A stretch of 64,000 nt of DNA from Candidatus Aminicenantes bacterium (GTDB taxonomy: Bacteria > Acidobacteriota > Aminicenantia > Aminicenantales > Aminicenantaceae), in assembly GCA_003648765.1 (NCBI GenBank), contig QMPV01000002.1, positions 1,128-65,127 of the forward strand, given 5' to 3'. The number at the start of each line of letters is the position of its first letter. Positions within the stretch are counted from its first letter, which is position 1. A model generated the notes under the pieces. It did no database searches. It saw only the letters and a list, made by a program, of their open reading frames with translations, and was not told the DNA's origin. Made by a program: the position numbers and the translations under genes. Below are positions 20,372 through 30,347 of the stretch, piece after piece.

Positions 20372-20676
20372 AATGACTCGCCTCTCATCTTAATCTGAGA
20401 GAGGAGAGGAGTCAAGCCGCTGCAGGGACCAAAGATGGGCCGATCTTTCTCTTTTCCCCTTTGATTATTACTATGCCTGATTTACACCATCTCCTGCCCA
20501 TCCTGCTGGCCTTCAGGATGAAAGATGAAAACCTCAGCTTAATTTTTTACTGCCCCTGTCCCAGGTGAAAAACTGACTTTAGTCTACTCAACTCTTTATT
20601 TTATTAAAAAAAGCAACTATTTGTTCCTGGTACTCGTCTAAGTTAATAGAGAGAAAGAATTCGCAAGGAGAATAAA

Positions 20677-20868
20677 ATGAATTTTAAAGTAAAGATTATC
20701 GTTATGCTGGTGGCTATCATCCTCAGCTTCTTACTGTTCAACTTGATGACCTCTTCCAACTCGGTCGAACTGATGAAGGTCGGCCATCAGGCCGGTCAAG
20801 AAATTATAGCCAATTATCTGGCCAGAACTGCCCCTTCTTCTCCACCCAGTCTACCTCTTCATATTTAA
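20677..20868 (+). CDS. hypothetical small membrane protein
   Basis: 63-aa ORF with an AAGGAG RBS 7 nt upstream and a single TM helix. Lies in an otherwise empty 816-bp intergenic region. Confidence 0.3.
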   Translation: MNFKVKIIVMLVAIILSFLLFNLMTSSNSVELMKVGHQAGQEIIANYLARTAPSSPPSLPLHI

Positions 20869-21187
20869 AACTGGGCCAATTTCCTCCAAAGGAAAAAGTC
20901 AATCGCCACAGAAAATTGGTTGATGAAAAAGGCCTTTTTCTCTTCCTCAAAGAGAGGAAGGTTGGCCATATAATCTCGTCTTTCTTAGGGAGCTATCTTT
21001 TGCTGCTAGCAAGGGAAACTATTTTCACTATAACTCTGTGACGATCTTCGTGAAAAGAACCATTCCCTTCGACCCAAGGCTGCTCTCCCGAAGGCTGTTT
21101 TGGTAATCGACCCGCTGCAGCCCAGAAGATTTCCTTCCCTTAAATCAAAATTCAAGGCCCCTAAACCAGGAGGGAGCCCCCACCAAG

Positions 21188-21673
21188 CTATCCCTCAGGC
21201 AGTTCTACTAAGACAACCACCCAGGCGGCTATGGCTTCTCGGGCCCCTAGAGGGCCCAACTGTTCGTGAGTTTTAGCTTTAAGATTGATCCGATCTTCAC
21301 TCAAACCCAATTCTCCAGCTAGAACACTTTTCATTTGGGGAAAATAAGAATTCAACCGAGGCGCCTCAGCAATGATCACGGCATCTATATTCTCAATTTT
21401 TCCTTCTCGACGGCGAATAAATTCCTTAACCTGCCTCAAAAGTTTGAGGCTAGAAATGCCGGCATAATTTTCATCAGTATCCGGGAAATGCTGACCGATA
21501 TCGCCCTCCCCCAGAGCCCCCAAGAGGGCATCAATCAAAGCGTGAACCAGACAATCTCCATCGGAATGGCCCAACAAACCGGCTGAAAAAGGAATTTTAA
21601 GGCCCCCCAACCACAAGGTCCGACCTTCAACCAGACGATGGATATCAAAGCCTAGACCGATTCTCCAACTCAA
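21188..21673 (-). CDS. ispF: 2-C-methyl-D-erythritol 2,4-cyclodiphosphate synthase
   Basis: GLGFDIHRL...GHSDGDCLVHALIDALLGA motifs. Confidence 0.93.
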   Translation of the reverse strand: MSWRIGLGFDIHRLVEGRTLWLGGLKIPFSAGLLGHSDGDCLVHALIDALLGALGEGDIGQHFPDTDENYAGISSLKLLRQVKEFIRRREGKIENIDAVIIAEAPRLNSYFPQMKSVLAGELGLSEDRINLKAKTHEQLGPLGAREAIAAWVVVLVELPEG

Positions 21674-22328
21674 GAAAAGCCTCCGCGATGGTTAAGTCCT
21701 CAGGGACAGTAACTTTAATATTGGTCCTTTCCCCAAGAATAGTATAAACACTCACCCCCCGTTGTTCAAGAAGACTAGCTTCATCTGTACTCTCTTTCTC
21801 CATCTCCTGGGCCCAGTTTAAAGTCTCAGCCAGGAGTTTAAATTGAAAACCTTGGGGAGTCTGAGCAGTGAAGAGACCTTTGCGGTCGACTGTTCGGACA
21901 ACTTTCTTGCCCGTTACTTTCTTCACCGTCTCTGGAATAGGCCAAATAGGGACAACCGCCCCATAGCTCACTGCGGCCTCAATCACTCGGGAAATTAAAT
22001 CCCGACTCAAACAAGGTCTTACTCCGTCATGAACCAGGACTATCTCCGGCGCCAGCCTCTCGATAGCTTTGAACCCGGCTTGAACCGAAGCTAATCGGGT
22101 GGTTCCTCCTGGCATTATTGCCTTAATCTTGGGAAAATTCTGGAATTCAGGGCGATTTAAATGCGCTGGGGGCAAAACCAAGACAATATCGTCTACCTGG
22201 TCATGCTGGATAAACTTATCCAGAGTCCACGCCAGCAGAGGTCGGCCTTGGACAGTCACAAATTGTTTGGGGCCTCCGAACCGCTGGCCTTCCCCGGCAG
22301 CCACAATGATGACGGCCGTTTTCCTCAT
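21645..22328 (-). CDS. ispD: 2-C-methyl-D-erythritol 4-phosphate cytidylyltransferase
   Basis: VIIVAAGEGQRFGGPKQF motif. Overlaps ispF by 29 nt; the two are separate, not fused. Confidence 0.92.
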   Translation of the reverse strand: MRKTAVIIVAAGEGQRFGGPKQFVTVQGRPLLAWTLDKFIQHDQVDDIVLVLPPAHLNRPEFQNFPKIKAIMPGGTTRLASVQAGFKAIERLAPEIVLVHDGVRPCLSRDLISRVIEAAVSYGAVVPIWPIPETVKKVTGKKVVRTVDRKGLFTAQTPQGFQFKLLAETLNWAQEMEKESTDEASLLEQRGVSVYTILGERTNIKVTVPEDLTIAEAFLELENRSRL

Positions 22329-23314
22329 TTGGTATTTTCGTTATAGCGACCAAAAATCATCTTGCCCACTGTAGTCTGAAGGACAGAAGTTACAGTAATA
22401 TCCACCGTCTGGCCAATCATCTTTCGGGAATTATCCACAACTACCATAGTCCCATCGTCCAAATAAGCCACCCCTTGGTCTTTTTCTTTGCCTTCTTTGA
22501 GAATATAGACCCGAATGGTTTCGCCAGGCAACACCGCCGGCTTTAAGGCGTTAGCCAACTCATTAATGTTCATCACCGGAATGCCTTGGAGTTGAGCTAC
22601 TTTATTGAGATTAAAGTCGTTGGTGACAATTTTGGCTTCCATATGCTTGGCCAGCTCAATCAATTTAGAATCAACATCCTGAATATCCGGAAAATCATAA
22701 TCAACAATCTGAACCTTTACCTGAGAGGATCGCTGGAGCTGATCGAGAACATCCAGGCCCCGCCGCCCTCTTTGCCTTTTAATCGGATCTGATGAGTCAG
22801 CAATACTTTGCAGCTCTTTCAGGATGAATTGGGGTACCACCAGAGTCCCCTCAATAAAGGAAGTATTACAGATGTCAGCAATACGGCCGTCGATAACTAC
22901 ACTGGTGTCGAGAATTTTATAACTCCGGCCATCACTTTTTTCCTTAAACAAACCAAAAACATAAGCCGGATCCAGCCATTCATATTTCCTAGAACCCACC
23001 AGAAAGCCGATATAAGGCATGATCAGTAAGAAAAAAGACCGGATGAACAATTGAGTTCCCGAATCCCGAGCCACTTGCTGATAAATAAGACCTAAAAACC
23101 ACCCGAGGACGACTCCGCCAATGGTGCCCACAGTCGAACCCCAGATCACCTTAAACTGGTTTTGGCGAATCTTGGTTTCCAAAAAAATAATCATAACCGC
23201 CAGAATAAAACCAACCAGGGCTCCAAAATAAGGAGCCAGCTTAAAGGGAGAAAAAAAGTACCCGGCCACGGTCATTAAGGCAATAACGACTAACCTGAGA
23301 ATAAAAATGCCCAT
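22325..23314 (-). CDS. yacL: PIN/TRAM-domain membrane protein (YacL-like)
   Basis: N-terminal TM helices, a PIN domain (ILDTSVVIDGRI...), a C-terminal TRAM-like domain, and conserved synteny upstream of ispD/ispF. Confidence 0.8.
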   Translation of the reverse strand: MGIFILRLVVIALMTVAGYFFSPFKLAPYFGALVGFILAVMIIFLETKIRQNQFKVIWGSTVGTIGGVVLGWFLGLIYQQVARDSGTQLFIRSFFLLIMPYIGFLVGSRKYEWLDPAYVFGLFKEKSDGRSYKILDTSVVIDGRIADICNTSFIEGTLVVPQFILKELQSIADSSDPIKRQRGRRGLDVLDQLQRSSQVKVQIVDYDFPDIQDVDSKLIELAKHMEAKIVTNDFNLNKVAQLQGIPVMNINELANALKPAVLPGETIRVYILKEGKEKDQGVAYLDDGTMVVVDNSRKMIGQTVDITVTSVLQTTVGKMIFGRYNENTK

Positions 23315-23369
23315 TTTTATTATCCTGTATTATAATTTATTACCTATAATATAAAAAAAACAAAAAAAA

Positions 23370-24728
23370 TCAAAAAAACAATTTTATGGCCTGGCGGACA
23401 TCTTTAACGCCAATTAACTCTATTCCAGCCCTTTTCTCTTGAGTAAGAGCGTTTTTATTGCCCTGGGGTAAAATTAGTGTTTTAAAACCTAAAGAAGCTG
23501 CTTCTTTGATTCGCAAGCCGGGTTGAGTTACTGACCGGATCTCGCCACTGAGCCCAATTTCACCAAAAACCGCTACTTCCGGAGGCAACGCCCGATTTTT
23601 CACTGAAGAAACCACCGCCAGCAAAATACCAAGATCAGCCGCGGGCTCCTCAATCGCCAAACCTCCAGCCACATTTAAATAAACATCCTCGCCGGCAAAG
23701 GAATAACCCAATTTCTTCTCCACGATAGCCATCAACATAGCTGCCCGAAAGCGGTCCAAGCCGACTGTCATCCGCCGGGGATTCCCCAGAAATAAAGAAG
23801 AAGATACCAGGGCCTGGATTTCAGCCAATAAAGGACGGGTACCTTTAAGAGTGCAAACAACCACACTGCCTGGTTCATGACCAGGACGTTCTCTCAAAAA
23901 AAAGGCCGAAGGATTCTCGACACTCTTGAGCCCTTCTTCGCTCATCTCGAAAATAGCCAACTCTGAAACTGGCCCGAAGCGATTTTTCAACACCCTTAGC
24001 ACCCGATAACTATGATCCCTTTCTCCCTCAAAACTAAGCACTACATCTACAATGTGTTCCAGAGATTTAGGCCCAGCTAAAGTCCCCTCTTTGGTGATAT
24101 GCCCGATTAAAAAAGTGGCCATTTCTCGAGCTTTGGCCTGACGAAAAATGCGATTGGCCACCTCCCTGACCTGACTGATTGTTCCCGGGCTGGAAGTCAA
24201 TTGACTAGAATAAACTGTTTGCACTGAATCTAAGATTAAAATTTCTGGGGAGAGATTTTCCACCGCCTGAAGGATTCGTTCTAAAATCGTCTCGGAGAAG
24301 AAATAAATTTTTTCTTGCCTCAAGCCCAAACGTTCCCCTCTCAGCTTAATCTGTTCTAGTGACTCTTCCCCAGAAACATAAAGAACTTTTTTTTGATGGC
24401 TGGCCAAATCCCGGCTAATCTGTAACATAAGGGTGGATTTGCCAATCCCAGGTTCGCCCCCGATCAAAACTAGCGAGCCCTTAACTATGCCTCCGCCTAA
24501 AACTTGATTGAAATCGTTTATGCCGGTCTGAATTCTCTGTTGAGTGACTTCCTTGATTTCTCCATACAAAACAGGTGCACTGGTAGTCAATGATAATCCC
24601 GGAGAGCTCTCCTCCTCTACTACTTCCTCAATTAAAGTATTCCATTCCCCGCAGCTGGGACAACGGCCCATCCATTTGGGAGTCTGAAAACCGCAACTTT
24701 GACAAACAAAACTTACTTTAGTTTTCAT
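23370..24728 (-). CDS. radA: DNA repair protein RadA (Sms)
   Basis: N-terminal C4 zinc finger (CQSCGF...CPSCGEWNT), RecA-like Walker A (GGEPGIGKSTL), and a Lon-like C-terminal domain. Confidence 0.93.
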   Translation of the reverse strand: MKTKVSFVCQSCGFQTPKWMGRCPSCGEWNTLIEEVVEEESSPGLSLTTSAPVLYGEIKEVTQQRIQTGINDFNQVLGGGIVKGSLVLIGGEPGIGKSTLMLQISRDLASHQKKVLYVSGEESLEQIKLRGERLGLRQEKIYFFSETILERILQAVENLSPEILILDSVQTVYSSQLTSSPGTISQVREVANRIFRQAKAREMATFLIGHITKEGTLAGPKSLEHIVDVVLSFEGERDHSYRVLRVLKNRFGPVSELAIFEMSEEGLKSVENPSAFFLRERPGHEPGSVVVCTLKGTRPLLAEIQALVSSSLFLGNPRRMTVGLDRFRAAMLMAIVEKKLGYSFAGEDVYLNVAGGLAIEEPAADLGILLAVVSSVKNRALPPEVAVFGEIGLSGEIRSVTQPGLRIKEAASLGFKTLILPQGNKNALTQEKRAGIELIGVKDVRQAIKLFF

Positions 24729-24729
24729 T

Positions 24730-26037
24730 CTACAGGCCCACTCCCAGGCCGAAAAATATCTCTCGGCGAGGAGCTAAAGTAAAATCTTCCACTCCCAAAA
24801 GAAAATAAAAATGTCGACTCGGTCTAAATTCACTCCACAGACGGAAGTGGGGCCGTGGTTCTCGATTGAAATCGAAGGCTTCTATCCGGAAAATGGCCCA
24901 CTTCTGCCAGACAAACCAATCTAGACCCACTCCGAAGCGTGATTCAATCAGGCCCACCCGAGGCGCGAAGGGCCCAAAACGGACTCCTCCTTGCCAAGAA
25001 AAAACGAATTTTTCTTGCCAGGGATCTCGGATTATTTGGGCTGAAACAAACTGACGGTCTTTAAACCAGAAGCGGAGACTAGCCCGGCCGCGAGTCTTGG
25101 CTGTTTCTCCTAAATATTGCATCTCCAAAGTAGGCTCTAGTCGCCACTGGTAGACTTGATCGACCATTTGGCGGGTTTGCCGCAGGGCCGTCTCAGCCTC
25201 TTGATACAAATCATCATTTTGAATCAATTTGCCTAACGAACCTTCTCCCTTATTTATCTCGTGCAAACTCTGGTTGAGTTCTCTTAAAGCCTTTTCTGTC
25301 TCCTTGATCAAGGTCCCAATGTCCTGCAATCGTTGTCGAATATCCCCTCTGTTTTCACTAATGACTTCCTTTAAGAGATCAACCGTTTCTTCTAAATTTC
25401 GAGCTACCCGCGTCATATCCTGAGAAAGGGTCTGGGCTACTTGAGATGATTGGTCAACAGTTCTGGTTAAAGCTTGTCTGTTCTGCTGCCAAAAATCTCT
25501 TAATTCTCCAGTAAATTCAGCTATATTAGCCAAAGATTGCTGGAGGCTGGACTTAGTACCTTCACTCCCCAGTAGCTCCTGTAACAACTGGCCGGCCTTT
25601 CGGACCTCTTCCCCTACACTAAGCAGTTGAGCCCCAATGCGGTCTAAACTCACGGGAGTTAAACCTTGAAGAGTGTCGCCAGGCTGGCAATAAGCCGTTG
25701 CCTTCCCCGGAAGAATTTCGATATATTTCTCTCCTAATAATCCCAAAGCAGCCAGGGTGGCTACCGAATCTCGGCGGATCTGAACCCCTTTATCAATTAC
25801 AATTAAGACTTCCGCTTGGCTATCTTTTAAACGAATATCCTCCACTCGACCAATCTTGACCCCAGCCAAGCGGACTTGAGTTCTCTTTTCCAAGCCAGCG
25901 GCTGAATCAAAATAAACATAGAGAGGATATCCTTTGCCCCGAAATATTTCACCCAAATCACCTACGGTAAAGATGAAAATGACCATAATTAAAAAAGCAA
26001 TTCCTAAGAATAAACCAATTTTTATTTCTCTGGTCAT
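24730..26037 (-). CDS. MCE/MlaD-family protein with long coiled-coil C-terminal region
   Basis: N-terminal TM plus an MCE domain (GLEKRTQVRLAGVKIGRVEDIRL). Forms an operon with mlaE/mlaF. Confidence 0.8.
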   Translation of the reverse strand: MTREIKIGLFLGIAFLIMVIFIFTVGDLGEIFRGKGYPLYVYFDSAAGLEKRTQVRLAGVKIGRVEDIRLKDSQAEVLIVIDKGVQIRRDSVATLAALGLLGEKYIEILPGKATAYCQPGDTLQGLTPVSLDRIGAQLLSVGEEVRKAGQLLQELLGSEGTKSSLQQSLANIAEFTGELRDFWQQNRQALTRTVDQSSQVAQTLSQDMTRVARNLEETVDLLKEVISENRGDIRQRLQDIGTLIKETEKALRELNQSLHEINKGEGSLGKLIQNDDLYQEAETALRQTRQMVDQVYQWRLEPTLEMQYLGETAKTRGRASLRFWFKDRQFVSAQIIRDPWQEKFVFSWQGGVRFGPFAPRVGLIESRFGVGLDWFVWQKWAIFRIEAFDFNREPRPHFRLWSEFRPSRHFYFLLGVEDFTLAPRREIFFGLGVGL

Positions 26038-26075
26038 TTTAACGCCTCAACATTAAATTTCTTCTCTTGCCTGAC

Positions 26076-26822
26076 TTAATATTCTTTAATCGGGCCCACG
26101 GCACTGCCCGTGATAAATTGCCTTACTATGGGATTAACTGTTTTCCTAATTTCATCAGGGGTGCCGGTGGCGATAATTTTGCCCTGATAAAGCATGGAAA
26201 TCCGGTCGGCCACTTTATAGGCAGAAACCATATCATGAGTGATCACAATGGAAGTAACCCCAATTTCTTTTTTCATGGCGATGATTAGATCGTTTATGGC
26301 ATCAGCGCGAATTGGGTCAATACCAGTCGAAGGCTCATCATAAAGAATAATCTGAGGACGATAAGCAATCGCTCGAGCTAAACCCACTCTCTTTTTCATT
26401 CCTCCACTTAGCTCATGAGGCATTAATTTCTCTACGCCTCTTAAACCAACCAGTTCCAAGGCTTCTTTAACTCTCCGTTGAATCTCAGCCGGGGAGAGAT
26501 TTGTATACCGCTCTAAGCCAAAACGCACATTTTCCTCAACTGTAAGAGAATCAAAAAGAGCTGCATTTTGGAAAAGAAGTCCAAATTTGCGTCTAATTTT
26601 GAATAATTCCTCTTCTGACAAAGAAGTGATTTCTACCCCATCCACCCAAATTTGACCTCGATCGGGTTTCATCAAACCAATTAACGTCTTGATTAAAACG
26701 CTCTTGCCTGAACCACTCTGGCCGCAAATGACTCTCGTCTCTCCTTTGGCAATTTCCAGATTAACCCCTCTTAAAACATGGTTCTCCCGAAAACTTTTAT
26801 GAAGCTCGACTATCCTAATCAT
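26076..26822 (-). CDS. mlaF: ABC transporter ATP-binding protein, MlaF-like
   Basis: Walker A GQSGSGKS, the LSGGMKKRVGLARA signature, and Walker B ILYDEP. Confidence 0.88.
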   Translation of the reverse strand: MIRIVELHKSFRENHVLRGVNLEIAKGETRVICGQSGSGKSVLIKTLIGLMKPDRGQIWVDGVEITSLSEEELFKIRRKFGLLFQNAALFDSLTVEENVRFGLERYTNLSPAEIQRRVKEALELVGLRGVEKLMPHELSGGMKKRVGLARAIAYRPQIILYDEPSTGIDPIRADAINDLIIAMKKEIGVTSIVITHDMVSAYKVADRISMLYQGKIIATGTPDEIRKTVNPIVRQFITGSAVGPIKEY

Positions 26823-27610
26823 TGGCTTAATGAGGCTGGTAACACTTTACTCAAGAAGAAATTGACCATCAAAATGACAATACTAGAAATAACCACTGAG
26901 CGGGTGGTTGCCCGACCTACACCAGCGGCTCCTCCTTCCGCTTTCAGCCCTTGCCAGCAACCCACAAGAGCAATAATCAAGCCAAAAATACTGGCTTTAA
27001 TCAAACCGGTAATTAAATCCCAGAGCTCAAAATAAAGCAAAGTATTCTTGAGATAAATAGAACTATTTACTCCCATAATCATTATATTGTAGACAAAGCC
27101 GCCGAGCATACCGATGACATCGCCATAGAGAGTCAAGCAGGGCAGCATAAAAAAAGCGGCTACTGTCCGGGGCACCACGAGATACTTGTTGGGGTCAGCC
27201 CCCAAACTGAAAAGAGCATCAATCTGCTCAGTTATTTTCATTGTTCCTATCTCAGCCGTCATGGCTGAACCTACTCGACCAGCCACCATCAGACCGACCA
27301 GAATCGGAATTAATTCTTTAGAAAGTCCTAAAGAAATAATTGGTCCTCCATAAGCCTCCGAGCCTGGTCCCACGTAACGATGGAAACCGATATAAGTCTG
27401 CAGACCAAAGACCAACCCGCCGAAAGCAGCGGTTAAAGAAACCACTGGTAAAGACCTCACTCCAATTTCTTCCAGCTGTTGGATAAAAATGGACTTTTCC
27501 CAGGGGGGGCGAAAAATATTCTTAAGAGTTTTCCAAGTTAATAAACCAATCTCTCCCAAATTCTCCAAAAAAACAAAGAGCGGCTCTAGCCATCCTTTGC
27601 CTCGATTCAT
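26819..27610 (-). CDS. mlaE: ABC transporter permease, MlaE-like
   Basis: Multi-TM permease of the MlaE/YrbE family, overlapping mlaF. Confidence 0.85.
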   Translation of the reverse strand: MNRGKGWLEPLFVFLENLGEIGLLTWKTLKNIFRPPWEKSIFIQQLEEIGVRSLPVVSLTAAFGGLVFGLQTYIGFHRYVGPGSEAYGGPIISLGLSKELIPILVGLMVAGRVGSAMTAEIGTMKITEQIDALFSLGADPNKYLVVPRTVAAFFMLPCLTLYGDVIGMLGGFVYNIMIMGVNSSIYLKNTLLYFELWDLITGLIKASIFGLIIALVGCWQGLKAEGGAAGVGRATTRSVVISSIVILMVNFFLSKVLPASLSQ

Positions 27611-28980
27611 CAGGCTTCCTCTAGACGTTCTCGATATTCACTAAAGTCAAGATCGACAAAACGAGCATATTCCCTGACAAAAGCCATAGTGACCTTGCCA
27701 ACTGGGCCGTTACGCTGTTTAGCCACATTGATCTCAGCCAGACCTCGCAAACTTTCTTCATCGGGAAAATAATACTCCGGTCGGTAAATTAAAATCACTA
27801 CATCCGCATCCTGCTCAATTGCCCCTGACTCCCGCAAATCCGAAAGCTGGGGCACGGGCCGGGAGCGCCCTTTCTCAGGAGCCCGACTTAACTGAGAAAT
27901 CCCGACGACGGGAATCTGTAGCTCTTTGGCCAGTTCTTTAAGGGAACGGGAGATAAATGAAATTTCCTGATTACGGTTTTCAAAACGGGCGGTAGTCCGC
28001 ATTAATTGAATATAATCGACAAATAACAAATCCAAATTTTGCTCCATTTTGAGCCGTCTGGCCTTGGCTTTCATCTCCATCACCGTTAAAGCTGGAGTTT
28101 CGTCAACAAAAATTTTTGCCTGAGAAAGAACCTCGGCTCCTAATTTCAACCGACTAAACTCCAGATCACTGATGAAGCCTTTGCGGACTTTGCTCAAATC
28201 CACTTGAGCCTCTGAACAGAGCAATCGGAGATAAAGTTGTTCCTTGGACATTTCTAGGGTAAAAAAGCCAATGCTGTAATCAGTTCTAATGCCCACGTAC
28301 TGGGAAATATTCAGACAGAAAGCCGTCTTGCCCATGGAAGGCCGGGCAGCCACAATAATCAACTCCGAATTATGCAAACCTGAGGTGAGAGAATCTAAAT
28401 CGCGAAATCCGGTCGGAATTCCCGTGACGATTTCTTTCCGTTCTCTTAAAACGCGAATATTCTCCAGTATCTGGGGAGTTAAATCGCCTACCTTGACAAA
28501 ACCGGGTTTAATTCGCTGTTCGGCCACCTCGATAATAGCTGACTGGGCCTCAGCGAGAAGCACCTCGGCATCTTCCTTCTGATCATAACTGGCAGAAATG
28601 ATTTTCGCTGAAGAGAGAATTAACCGCCGCAGGAGAGCTTTTTCCCGAATAATCTGGGCATAATATTCAATGTTTAGACTCTGGGGAACTCCATCCAATA
28701 AAGAAGAAAGATAAGAGGCACCCCCCACTTCATCCAACAAACCTGCCTTCTGCAACTCCTCATTGAGGGTAACTAAGTCCACTGGCATCCCCTTGTCTAC
28801 CAAGGAAATTATTTTCTCCAGAATAATCCGGTTAGCTTCTTTATAAAAATCATTCGGAGTAACTAAAGAAAGAACCACATTAAGATTTTTATTATTAAGA
28901 AGAATCCCTCCCAGAACGGTTTTCTCGGCTTCTAGACTATGGGGAGGAGTTTTCTTCAGAAACAACCAATCAAGTTCCAT
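27610..28980 (-). CDS. dnaB: replicative DNA helicase
   Basis: N-terminal DnaB domain (PHSLEAEKTVLGGILL), Walker A ARPSMGKTAF, and RecA-like fold motifs. Confidence 0.95.
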   Translation of the reverse strand: MELDWLFLKKTPPHSLEAEKTVLGGILLNNKNLNVVLSLVTPNDFYKEANRIILEKIISLVDKGMPVDLVTLNEELQKAGLLDEVGGASYLSSLLDGVPQSLNIEYYAQIIREKALLRRLILSSAKIISASYDQKEDAEVLLAEAQSAIIEVAEQRIKPGFVKVGDLTPQILENIRVLRERKEIVTGIPTGFRDLDSLTSGLHNSELIIVAARPSMGKTAFCLNISQYVGIRTDYSIGFFTLEMSKEQLYLRLLCSEAQVDLSKVRKGFISDLEFSRLKLGAEVLSQAKIFVDETPALTVMEMKAKARRLKMEQNLDLLFVDYIQLMRTTARFENRNQEISFISRSLKELAKELQIPVVGISQLSRAPEKGRSRPVPQLSDLRESGAIEQDADVVILIYRPEYYFPDEESLRGLAEINVAKQRNGPVGKVTMAFVREYARFVDLDFSEYRERLEEA

Positions 28981-28995
28981 TATCTCCCCTATGGT

Positions 28996-29574
28996 TTACT
29001 CCGGCTGAGAGTCAACCCCTTCTTTTTCCGAAGACGTTGTCTTGGTTGACTCTGTTTCAGCTGGTTGAATCTCACTGGCCTCAGCTTGGTCTGCCGCCAC
29101 CTTTGGCTCTTCTGCCGGAGTCTCAGCGGCTTCCTCAGGCAGGACTTGTACCTCTATCTCCGCTCTCTCTTCATGAAAAACTTTAATTGGAACTTTGTAA
29201 CTTCCCAGGGACTTTATTGGCTCAGGTAAAAGAATTTTCTTTTTATCCAGAGCAAACCCCTCCTTTTCCAAAGCCTCTTTGATATCAGCCAAACTCACTG
29301 AGCCAAAAAGGGCTTCCTTGTCACTGGTTTTTCGATAAAAAGTTAACTTAACCTGGCTCAATTTCTGGGCCATTTCCTGATAAGAGGATAATTCTTTCTC
29401 CAGTTTCTTGCGCAGAGCCCTCTGCTGCATCTCAATCATTTTCATATTGGTTGGTGTTACCTCTAAAGCCAATTTTCGGGGCAGAAGATAATTCCGAGCA
29501 TAGCCTGGGGCTACTTCAACAATATCTCCCCGTTTGCCTAAATTCTCAATGTTTTCTCTAAGCATGATTTTCAT
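28996..29574 (-). CDS. rplI: 50S ribosomal protein L9 with acidic C-terminal extension
   Basis: MKIMLRENIENLGKRGDIVEVAPGYARNYLLP. Confidence 0.92.
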   Translation of the reverse strand: MKIMLRENIENLGKRGDIVEVAPGYARNYLLPRKLALEVTPTNMKMIEMQQRALRKKLEKELSSYQEMAQKLSQVKLTFYRKTSDKEALFGSVSLADIKEALEKEGFALDKKKILLPEPIKSLGSYKVPIKVFHEERAEIEVQVLPEEAAETPAEEPKVAADQAEASEIQPAETESTKTTSSEKEGVDSQPE

Positions 29575-29597
29575 GACACACCACCTTGCTTCTAACT

Positions 29598-29855
29598 TTA
29601 GTCAGCAATAAAAGGTAACAAACCAAGAATCCGAGCTCTTTTTATGGCTCTGGCTAAACGTCTTTGGTGATAAGAACATGTACCAGTAACTCGTCTCGGA
29701 GCAATTTTTCCCCTCTCAGGAGTATATTTTTTTAACAACTCAACATTTTTGTAATCAATCTCCCTGATGTTTAGCTCACAAAAACGACAAACTTTTTTCT
29801 TGGGTGGGAAAAAACGGCGGTATGTAGGTTTATCAGAGCGCGATTCTTTACTCAT
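29598..29855 (-). CDS. rpsR: 30S ribosomal protein S18
   Basis: CRFCE...[12 protein letters not shown]...[20 protein letters not shown] pattern. Confidence 0.92.
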   Translation of the reverse strand: MSKESRSDKPTYRRFFPPKKKVCRFCELNIREIDYKNVELLKKYTPERGKIAPRRVTGTCSYHQRRLARAIKRARILGLLPFIAD

Positions 29856-30277
29856 TGGCTTTCCTCCTTTCGTTCCGACTCGCCGGAGTTAGGAGTAGAG
29901 GAAGGTGACTGACCTTCTCCTACTTCACTGTCTTCTGTCAAAGGAGTAACGGGCAGAGGGGCGGTTTTCTTTTTCCGTCTGACATTCTCCCGCCGATCCT
30001 GCTTGATGGTCATAAAGCGAATGACTGCATCTTTCTGTTTAAAAAGGCGCTCCAGCTCGGCCGGAATATCCGGTTCGCCTTCATATAAGAAGAAAACATA
30101 GTACGCCTCTTCAAACTTCTTAATGGGATAAGCCAGTTTCCGCTTGCCCCACCTGTCTTCCTTCACCATCTGGCCTTTTTTTTGTTTAATCACCTCGGCC
30201 ATCTCTTGAATAAGGGCCTCAACCTCTTCTTCCGGCAGGTTGGGGGCGATCAAGAACGCAGTTTCATATAATCTCAT
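29852..30277 (-). CDS. rpsF: 30S ribosomal protein S6
   Basis: [14 protein letters not shown]...KLAYPIKK pattern. No ssb gene between rpsF and rpsR. Confidence 0.9.
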   Translation of the reverse strand: MRLYETAFLIAPNLPEEEVEALIQEMAEVIKQKKGQMVKEDRWGKRKLAYPIKKFEEAYYVFFLYEGEPDIPAELERLFKQKDAVIRFMTIKQDRRENVRRKKKTAPLPVTPLTEDSEVGEGQSPSSTPNSGESERKEESQ

Positions 30278-30347
30278 TTGACCTCCTTTTGGCTGCCAGC
30301 CCCTTCATTTTCTTGAAGGAGCAAGGAGCATCTAATTTTTTGCCTAT

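Noticed and set aside
20372-20700. Possible T-box riboswitch in the gltX leader
   Set aside because: Read on the minus strand, the region contains no GGGTGG...ACCGCG T-box core and no specifier/antiterminator arrangement.
21645-21673. Possible ispDF gene fusion
   Set aside because: The two ORFs overlap by 29 nt but are in different frames with an intervening stop; they are separate genes.
22431-22439. Perfect DnaA box TTATCCACA
   Set aside because: A single occurrence deep inside the yacL coding sequence, far from dnaA; most likely chance.
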